A stretch of DNA of 64,000 bases from a virus. Lineage: Duplodnaviria; Caudoviricetes. Numbering within the stretch: the stretch's first letter is position 1; every line of letters starts with the position of its first letter. The DNA is taken from the IMG/VR virus record IMGVR_UViG_3300033067_001807, positions 1-64,000 of that record; one strand, 5' to 3'. The notes under the pieces are model-generated. The model did not search any database and had not been told where the DNA came from. It was given only the letters and a program-made list of their open reading frames with translations. The position numbers and the translations under genes are program-made. Shown here in pieces: positions 57,466 to 64,000 of the stretch.

Positions 57466-58288
57466 AATTTACTCTAATTGATTTATCTATAAGAATATCA
57501 ATCTCCCATTCAATGTTTTTACCCTGCAGTGCCGTATCGTAATGATTGGCAAGTCCTGCATTTTTATTTTGTTCACTATTTCTTTGTGAATATTGTGTAT
57601 ATTTAGATCTGACGTAATCAGCTCCCATATATTTGTAATGTAATAATTTTATTGGAAAATTATTAAAAGTTTCTAATACTTCAAATTGCATTTTCCACCT
57701 GCCCCATGGATGTCCATTCCATTCACCAACTGGTCTAATTTCTTTGGGAACTGGGTGTAAGATTTCTCCTTCAAATTCAGAGTTTAATTCAATCTCATGA
57801 CAGCCTTCAATCCATTTCATCGATTTAATTTTATTTGGATTAATTAGAATAGGTTTTGAGTACCATGGATCTGGAACACCATGATTTATTTGTTCATATA
57901 TCTGAATATCTTCTTCTGGAAAGTGATGTGAAACCATTTGAAAACCGGCTGGAAATATCACTGAAGAATCATTTGTTTGTAAGAATTCTATAATATTGGG
58001 ATGGCATATAAATTCGTCACAATCACTTACTATAATATAATCTGCATTTCCTTTAGCATTTTCAATACATTGATGCTTTAAATCAAGGTGAACATAATCA
58101 TTGAAAGTTTCGCCTGTATTATATTGTATCACTTCAACCTTTGGATGTTTCTCACATATCCTTAGAGTGTTGTCTGTTGATTGATTATCTAAGACTATTA
58201 TTCTTTCACAAAACTGAGAATAGTGTCTTAGATAGTAAGGAAGCATCTTCTCCTCATTCCAAACAGTAACGTATGCCCATACTTTCAT
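57461..58288 (-). CDS. GT-A fold glycosyltransferase (GT2-like)
   Basis: WNEEKMLPYYLRHY, DNQSTDNT, DCDEF (DxD) and LLHYKY. Confidence 0.8.
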   Translation of the reverse strand: MKVWAYVTVWNEEKMLPYYLRHYSQFCERIIVLDNQSTDNTLRICEKHPKVEVIQYNTGETFNDYVHLDLKHQCIENAKGNADYIIVSDCDEFICHPNIIEFLQTNDSSVIFPAGFQMVSHHFPEEDIQIYEQINHGVPDPWYSKPILINPNKIKSMKWIEGCHEIELNSEFEGEILHPVPKEIRPVGEWNGHPWGRWKMQFEVLETFNNFPIKLLHYKYMGADYVRSKYTQYSQRNSEQNKNAGLANHYDTALQGKNIEWEIDILIDKSIRVNY

Positions 58289-58292
58289 AATA

Positions 58293-59015
58293 CTAAAGTA
58301 TTGGAAGATATGAGAGCCTTAACATAACATTCATTGTGGATTTTACGTCAGCCTCACAATATTCTTTTATTTTTTCAAGATTTCCATTCCAATATTCTTC
58401 AGTAGTTTCATTGCCTTTCATAATGGATTTCGGAGATGGAATGTTTAATGTATCACATATTAAATCTAATGAAGCGCTATTCCAACCCGCAAACTTCCAA
58501 ACCTCATACGTATCTAATAGACAGTTTTCCCAAGGTTTTTTATTTTGTAAGTGAAATTGTGAAGGGGTTTGAATACCATATACAAGGGCTCTCTTAATTA
58601 AAAACGGAAAATCAAAGTTTTTAATATTATGTCCTGCAAATTGAACATTTGGATTTTTTTTGAAAATTGCCTGAGCAGTTCCCATAAACTCCCTTAAGAA
58701 TTCTGCCTCATCGTCTCCGTAAAATGATCTGATTTTTTCTGCAATTGGATTTCCATTTTCATCAAATTGAATTTGACCTATTGAGACTGTAATAATTTTT
58801 GCAAATTCAGGATGTAACGCTGCATTTTTTAAATATAGATCAGCATCACTTAATTCTGCCAAATCAACCTCGGTTCTTCTATAATTATCTGCTTTTTTTA
58901 TCCAATGAATTACAGCACCAGGCCTTTGCTCGCAAAATTCACTATAGTATTTAAATTCTGAAACTGTCTCAATGTCAATAAATAACATTGATTTTAAATT
59001 GGATACGCTATACAT
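58293..59015 (-). CDS. PolB-related 3'-5' exonuclease (DEDD)
   Basis: FIDIET, GHNIKNFDFPFL, LDT and YCEADV. Start moved to MYSV. Confidence 0.85.
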   Translation of the reverse strand: MYSVSNLKSMLFIDIETVSEFKYYSEFCEQRPGAVIHWIKKADNYRRTEVDLAELSDADLYLKNAALHPEFAKIITVSIGQIQFDENGNPIAEKIRSFYGDDEAEFLREFMGTAQAIFKKNPNVQFAGHNIKNFDFPFLIKRALVYGIQTPSQFHLQNKKPWENCLLDTYEVWKFAGWNSASLDLICDTLNIPSPKSIMKGNETTEEYWNGNLEKIKEYCEADVKSTMNVMLRLSYLPIL

Positions 59016-59244
59016 CTTTTTCGTTATTAGAAATGTTATAAATTGATATTGGATATTTACTAGATTTTCTGCCTTCTCTCTCGTTAATAAACCAGAAATA
59101 TGGATGTCCATGTATTTTTGCTAATGAATTACATTTTTCAATAATAGGACCATACATAAGAGAACCTGCAAATCTAAAAAAGTATTTTTCACCGATCTTT
59201 GGATTTTTAACTTTAATCTCTTGGATTTTTTTATCTTTTGCCAT
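59008..59244 (-). CDS. Hypothetical protein
   Basis: ORF with class A promoter upstream. Confidence 0.6.
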   Translation of the reverse strand: MAKDKKIQEIKVKNPKIGEKYFFRFAGSLMYGPIIEKCNSLAKIHGHPYFWFINEREGRKSSKYPISIYNISNNEKDV

Positions 59245-59249
59245 ATAGT

Positions 59250-59278
59250 ATTATATACAAAGAATAAAAATTGTTTAA
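59250..59278 (-). promoter_or_regulatory. Class A promoter TTAAAC-N15-TATATAAT
   Basis: Exact spacing. Confidence 0.6.
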
Positions 59279-59496
59279 ATTTGATTTGAAATGCACGATG
59301 TGTCAGTACATTGTCTAAGTTTTAAGTATCTTTCAAATGTAATTGATAATTCAATCCAACCCCCTGTAATTGATTCAGGTATATTTGAATTATCGGTAAA
59401 GTAGTGTGGCGCGTTTTCAATACGGTCTAAAAGGAAGTCAACCATGCGATCAACTTCCATATTATGAACCCATATTTTTACAAACGTATTATTCAT
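59275..59496 (-). CDS. Hypothetical protein
   Basis: ORF; start moved to MNNTF. Confidence 0.55.
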   Translation of the reverse strand: MNNTFVKIWVHNMEVDRMVDFLLDRIENAPHYFTDNSNIPESITGGWIELSITFERYLKLRQCTDTSCISNQI

Positions 59497-61339
59497 TTTC
59501 GTTATATACAATGTTTGCTGCCATTTCTTCTTCTCCAAATCTTGGCATAACGTCTAATGGATTATTTGGATTTTCCTCATACGCCCAATCCTTTAATCCA
59601 AGTTCTTCAAATCTTTCTTTGATTTTTTCATTATAATATCCTCCAATAGTTCTTACTCTTCTTTGGATATCAGCTCTTGCTAAATCATGTGTGTTTTGTC
59701 CAGTTGCATTATTATATAAAAATTGAATATAACCAAGTTTCGGAATTTTACATGTTACTGTTTTTAGGAAAGTTCTTACAATTAATTCATAATCATCTGC
59801 AATGGCAAGATTTCTATTGTGTCCTCCAATTTCAAAATAAGTAGAACGTCTCCATGCTCTTACGTGATTTGGAACACCCACAATATGTCTAATTGTTTTT
59901 GGATTAAGATTATGTTGAGTTGCAACTTTCATCATTTGCCCATTATACATCTCATCTCTGTATTTTCCATATGCAAATGCAAATCCATCAGGATATGTTT
60001 GACACTCCCAATTTTCATTAACCTCTAATGTGTCATTGAAAAAGAAGCCAGCTTCAGGATGTTTCTTTGCTGCCTTGTATAAATCTTCAGTACACCATGG
60101 AACCAATAAATCATCATGGTCTAATTCTGCAAGAATAAATCCCTTTGCCATACAATTTGCTCTCCATTTTACTTCACCTATGTTTCCTCCACTCTTCTCT
60201 CTAAAGTCATATACTTTAACACGAGGATCTCTTGCAGCAATATCTTCTGCTATCTTTAATGTTTTACCTCCATCTGTAGAGTCATTCACAAGCACCCATT
60301 CCCAATTAGAATATGTTTGCTGTTTTAATGATTCGTATGTATTATATAATTTCTCCTTTGTATTATATATTGGAGTGGTATATGAAATTAAATTTGAATC
60401 TTCAATGGAATCATTATCAAGCATAGTATACATCGAAGAAACATATGCACGGTCCCCTACTTCCGCATCCAATATATCCAATGGAATGTTTATCCATTTT
60501 CTACGAAATTGTAGAGACATATTCGCCATATTTGGAAATTCTTGCCAAGACTCTCCTCTTGTTATTATGATGTCTGGTTTAAATATAGATAAAATGGATT
60601 CTATGTTTTCATCACTCTTTAAATATTTTACATTTAGGTTATCTGCCTCATACCATAAATATTTGATTGATTTTAAATCGGGTTCGTCTAATCCAATATA
60701 TAAAACTTTAGGTACATTTGCTGATGCCTTTTTTTCTAAATAATTATAATGAGAATATATTGTAGGTGTAAACGTAAATGATTCTGGCATTTTTTTAAAT
60801 ACATCACTTATAAGAATTCCATCAGCACAATAATCCGGTTTGAATTTATATCCATGTTTGTTATAGACATCAACATGTGAGATATATTGGGCAAGATCTA
60901 TGCCACCTTTTTTCATATTATGTGCAACCGCTAATCTGTAATCTAATCCAGTAAAGTCCTTTCCGGCAACATTCTGTGAAACAACATGAACAAGTTTTTC
61001 AGGAAATATATTTGACATTTCCAGTACATATTCATAAAATCCATCGTGTACTATGTTATCATCATCAACAAAATAAACCCAACCCTCTTTAAATTTTGAA
61101 ATTATATTAGAACATTGTGGATATAACATTCCTACTTTATCTCCCTTTTCAAAATAATATTGTGTAGAATCGTCCTTTAAATCAGATAGTAATTCAGCAT
61201 CAATATCCTTCAATGACGATGTATCGAAGACAACGTGCCATTTAATATCGATTCCGATTGGAATACTGTTAAATACAGATTCTTTAACTATTTTTAAATT
61301 TTGAAGTCTTGTACTTCTTGTAATTATATTGATTATCAT
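59489..61339 (-). CDS. Tandem double glycosyltransferase (two GT-A/GT2-like domains)
   Basis: Domain 1: FVDDDN. Domain 2: TTPIYN, LVNDSTD, ELDHDD and ADDYEL. Confidence 0.85.
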   Translation of the reverse strand: MIINIITRSTRLQNLKIVKESVFNSIPIGIDIKWHVVFDTSSLKDIDAELLSDLKDDSTQYYFEKGDKVGMLYPQCSNIISKFKEGWVYFVDDDNIVHDGFYEYVLEMSNIFPEKLVHVVSQNVAGKDFTGLDYRLAVAHNMKKGGIDLAQYISHVDVYNKHGYKFKPDYCADGILISDVFKKMPESFTFTPTIYSHYNYLEKKASANVPKVLYIGLDEPDLKSIKYLWYEADNLNVKYLKSDENIESILSIFKPDIIITRGESWQEFPNMANMSLQFRRKWINIPLDILDAEVGDRAYVSSMYTMLDNDSIEDSNLISYTTPIYNTKEKLYNTYESLKQQTYSNWEWVLVNDSTDGGKTLKIAEDIAARDPRVKVYDFREKSGGNIGEVKWRANCMAKGFILAELDHDDLLVPWCTEDLYKAAKKHPEAGFFFNDTLEVNENWECQTYPDGFAFAYGKYRDEMYNGQMMKVATQHNLNPKTIRHIVGVPNHVRAWRRSTYFEIGGHNRNLAIADDYELIVRTFLKTVTCKIPKLGYIQFLYNNATGQNTHDLARADIQRRVRTIGGYYNEKIKERFEELGLKDWAYEENPNNPLDVMPRFGEEEMAANIVYNENE

Positions 61340-61356
61340 ATTATATTATTAAGTTA

Positions 61357-62289
61357 TTATACGTCAAAGAAAAACATATGGAAAAATCTAGCGTTATCAA
61401 TTGCATCTCCAAAATATTGAGTTGCAGCATGGATATTTTTAGCATCAAATAAAACTAATCTATTATAGACATTTCCAACCTCATCTATTTTTTCAAAATG
61501 AGTTCCATCATAAAAATTCATTTCAGCATTTTTACCTTGAAAGGCTCTTACGTAGTTTATTGTACTTCTTTTTTCATCATCAAATTTATAATCTCCAGTA
61601 ACTTTACTTCTATAAAATGCGGTACCCGTTGATGGAGGTGCATTAGGCGTTAAAAATACCATACCAGCGTATGTTTGGTTATCGACATGGTATACTATTG
61701 GTTGATCTGCTGTACAAAATTGAAATATTCCATTTGCGTATGAATCATGGTTCCAATTATAAATAGGTTTTCCGATAATAGACTCGAGTTTTTCTTTCAT
61801 GCCAATTATTGAAAATCGACTAGTTGCTCTTTCTCCTTTATGATAATTAGATGGAGAGAATTTAATTTCCTTAATTGCCCATTCTCTAATAAAGTCAGGG
61901 TCATTATAAAAATTATCTACAACAATGATACCTTTGTCTTGATTTGCAAAACCAGTATAATATGCTAGCCACTTTGCAAGTGATTCGATTACAATTTCCT
62001 TTTCAACAAAATTACCCATGGATATAACAATAGGTTCGAATAGTTCACTACCATCGATTGTTATACTAAATCCTATTTGAGTACTTTCAATGTTAGGATA
62101 AAATTGCTTTACATCTTTCCTTTCTGAAAATTTGTTAAACCTTTTTTTACCTACCTTTATCATAGATATTTCTCCTTTTTCTGAAAAAATCCAACCATTA
62201 AAGGTATAGCTATTTTGATTTTGCTCTAATGAATCAACATACATTCGTATGTTATCATGTTTTGTAAAATGTGATATGATGTCTGCCAT
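61357..62289 (-). CDS. 2OG-Fe(II) oxygenase-like protein (DUF6445-like) with extra N-terminal domain
   Basis: IVVDNFY..PD; HVD (HxD); AGMVFLTP; GTAFY; YNRLVLFD..IHAA; RFFHMFF. Confidence 0.7.
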   Translation of the reverse strand: MADIISHFTKHDNIRMYVDSLEQNQNSYTFNGWIFSEKGEISMIKVGKKRFNKFSERKDVKQFYPNIESTQIGFSITIDGSELFEPIVISMGNFVEKEIVIESLAKWLAYYTGFANQDKGIIVVDNFYNDPDFIREWAIKEIKFSPSNYHKGERATSRFSIIGMKEKLESIIGKPIYNWNHDSYANGIFQFCTADQPIVYHVDNQTYAGMVFLTPNAPPSTGTAFYRSKVTGDYKFDDEKRSTINYVRAFQGKNAEMNFYDGTHFEKIDEVGNVYNRLVLFDAKNIHAATQYFGDAIDNARFFHMFFFDV

Positions 62290-62293
62290 AATT

Positions 62294-62322
62294 ATTATAT
62301 AGATGAATCTAGATTAGTTTAT
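62294..62322 (-). promoter_or_regulatory. Class A promoter ATAAAC-N15-TATATAAT
   Basis: Exact spacing. Confidence 0.65.
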
Positions 62323-62353
62323 TATTATATTATATGATTATATATCAATAAAA

Positions 62354-62376
62354 AAGGGGACCGATTAGGTCCCCTT
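62354..62376 (-). terminator. Intrinsic terminator after the fibre gene
   Basis: AAGGGGACC / GGTCCCCTT 9-bp GC-rich stem, 5-nt loop, T-run on the minus strand. Confidence 0.85.
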
Positions 62377-62396
62377 AGTTTTAATGTGAAATTAGA

Positions 62397-64000
62397 TTAT
62401 TTTTTAAGTAAATCAATTTCTGCCTTTAATTCATTAATTGCTTGAATTAATAATGGTACAATTTTTTCATATTGTACAGTGATATAGTTTTCACCAGTTT
62501 TAGAATTTCCATTCTCATCCATATCAAATGGTGCTGGTTTAATAACTTCAGGTAATACTTCTTGAAGTTCCTGTGCGATAACTCCAACCTGTTGTCTATA
62601 ATCATTATATCCATACTCTTCAGCTAATTTGTTTTGAGTATAAGATACACCTCTTATTTTTCCAACCTTTTCAAGAGCGTTTTCAATAGGCTTAATATTA
62701 TCCTTAAGTCTTCTATCTGAATAGAATGCGATAATATCGTTTGTTGCTACTATTTGTCCTCCAGTTCCAGTTGGTCCAACACCAACCCCTAAAGAGTTAA
62801 AATGCCAGTTGGATCCCCAACCACCACCACCGGCAGGACCGGTTGCTCCGGTTGCTCCAGTTGCTCCAGTAGGACCAGTCGGACCTTGTGGACCAGTTGC
62901 ACCCGTACCTCCAGTTGCTCCAGTAAATCCTTGGAAACCTCTAGCACCCTGTGCTCCAGTTGTTCCAATACCTCCAGTAGGACCAGTAGGACCAGTAGGA
63001 CCCTGAACACCTTGTGCTCCAGTACCTCCAGTTGCTCCAGTAGGACCAGTAAATCCTTGTGCTCCAGTAGGACCAGTTGCTCCAGTAGGACCAGTAAATC
63101 CTTGTGCTCCAGTTGCTCCTTGTGCACCATTTGTTCCATTAGTTCCAGCAGCACCTTGGAATCCTTGGTCTCCTTTTGCCCCAGTTGCTCCAACAGCACC
63201 TTGTGTACCAGTTGCACCAGCAACTCCTTGGAATCCCTGTGCACCATTAGTTCCATTAGTTCCAGCAACACCCTGTGCTCCAGTTGCTCCTTGTGCACCA
63301 TTTGTTCCAGCAGCACCTTGGAATCCTTGGTCTCCTTTTGCTCCAACGGCACCCTGTGCTCCAGTTGCTCCTTGTGCACCATTAGTTCCAGCAGCACCTT
63401 GGAATCCTTGGTCTCCTTTTGCTCCAACATCACCTTGTGCTCCAGTAATACCTTGAATACCTTGATCTCCTTTAGCACCTTGTGCTCCAGTAAATCCCTG
63501 GTCTCCTTTAGGACCAACCACATTTTGGTTAGATACTGGCGTTTGACCATTATCTAATGATATTGTTAATAAACCATTGTTTAATGATACATTGTTTACA
63601 GAAACTCCATTAAATCCTTGGTCTCCTTTAGCACCTTGTGCTCCAGTTTCTCCAGTAAATCCTTGATCTCCTTTGATACCCTGAATACCTTGTTCTCCTT
63701 GGTCTCCCTTGAATCCTTGATCTCCTTTAAGACCCTGTTCTCCTTGAATACCCTGAATACCTTGAATACCTTGTTCTCCTTGGTCTCCTTTGGCACCTTG
63801 TGCTCCAGTTTCTCCAGTAAATCCTTGATCTCCTTTGATACCTTGAATACCTTGTTCTCCTTGGTCTCCTTTAGCACCTTGTGCTCCAGTTTCTCCAGTA
63901 AATCCTTGGTCTCCTTTAAGACCCTGTTCTCCTTGAATACCCTGAATACCTTGTTCTCCTTGGTCTCCTTTGGCACCTTGTGCTCCAGTTTCTCCAGTAA
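62397..64000 (-). CDS. Collagen-like tail fibre with C-terminal peptidase S74 intramolecular chaperone; 5' end lies beyond the window
   Basis: G-X-Y repeats. The frame stays open through a ~35-aa non-collagen spacer to the right edge (first full codon at 63998), so the track start at 63521 is not the real start. [10 protein letters not shown] and [16 protein letters not shown]74 motifs. Confidence 0.9.
   Translation of the reverse strand, partial: TGETGAQGAKGDQGEQGIQGIQGEQGLKGDQGFTGETGAQGAKGDQGEQGIQGIKGDQGFTGETGAQGAKGDQGEQGIQGIQGIQGEQGLKGDQGFKGDQGEQGIQGIKGDQGFTGETGAQGAKGDQGFNGVSVNNVSLNNGLLTISLDNGQTPVSNQNVVGPKGDQGFTGAQGAKGDQGIQGITGAQGDVGAKGDQGFQGAAGTNGAQGATGAQGAVGAKGDQGFQGAAGTNGAQGATGAQGVAGTNGTNGAQGFQGVAGATGTQGAVGATGAKGDQGFQGAAGTNGTNGAQGATGAQGFTGPTGATGPTGAQGFTGPTGATGGTGAQGVQGPTGPTGPTGGIGTTGAQGARGFQGFTGATGGTGATGPQGPTGPTGATGATGATGPAGGGGWGSNWHFNSLGVGVGPTGTGGQIVATNDIIAFYSDRRLKDNIKPIENALEKVGKIRGVSYTQNKLAEEYGYNDYRQQVGVIAQELQEVLPEVIKPAPFDMDENGNSKTGENYITVQYEKIVPLLIQAINELKAEIDLLKK
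62840..64000 (-). repeat. Collagen-coding tandem repeats, including near-identical longer units
   Basis: Units such as [25 protein letters not shown] and [26 protein letters not shown] recur nearly identically at DNA level. Confidence 0.9.

Noticed and set aside
86-60743. Numerous short plus-strand ORFs in the track
   Set aside because: All lie antisense to longer, motif-bearing minus-strand genes and show the Ser/Phe/Leu/Ile-rich composition typical of shadow ORFs.
62789-63976. Alternative-frame ORFs 62789-63550, 62802-63557, 62809-63006 and 63596-63976
   Set aside because: They are by-products of collagen codon periodicity, which removes stops in other frames.
62840-64000. Possible CRISPR array
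   Set aside because: The repeats are in-frame G-X-Y coding units without unique spacers, and no cas genes are present.
1-64000. Stop-codon reassignment, as seen in some Bacteroidota phages
   Set aside because: Genes are full-length and densely packed in the standard code. TAG ends bS1 after a complete fourth domain, and TGA ends dnaJ and others.
1-64000. tRNA, rRNA, introns, inteins or homing endonucleases
   Set aside because: None recognised by eye. Intergenic gaps are mostly too short, and the helicase and primase are uninterrupted. tRNAscan/Infernal were not run.

Overview
A 64 kb slice of a large, AT-rich, T4-like (contractile-tailed) jumbo/huge phage genome. All credible genes are on the minus strand and read in the standard code. 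The host is probably Bacteroidota: the phage bS1 and bS21 are Bacteroidota-type, starts are A-rich without Shine-Dalgarno, and TAnnTTT-like promoters are present. In coordinate order: putative head-cargo locus (1-6298); uvsW/uvsY/primase/gp32/RuvC-like replication-recombination block (6.3-11.7 kb); tail, fibre, baseplate and neck block (12-48 kb) interrupted by an amidoligase and ribosomal protein bS1; accessory block (dCMP deaminase, UvsE, RNase HII, PhoH, DnaJ, three UVR-motif proteins, exonuclease); then glycosyltransferases, a 2OG-Fe(II) oxygenase-like gene and a collagen-like fibre with an S74 chaperone. The ORF track misses a 59-aa bS21 (55657-55836) and the two edge-truncated genes. The most novel-looking signal is two proteins (1-1290 and 4580-6298) built as strings of about 35-100 aa modules joined by E-[ST]-[VLI]-[VI]-[TNSI]-E|[AGS] or [LI]-[DE]-E|[AG] linkers. 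These match T4 gp21-type prohead protease sites and suggest capsid-packaged polyproteins. They flank two ligase-fold genes, one fused to a HIGH-type nucleotidyltransferase, and a family of capsid-targeting-like 'xxFxxFxNE' tags recurs across the window. Three promoter classes can be read from the DNA. All functional calls come from motif recognition by eye; no database search was run.
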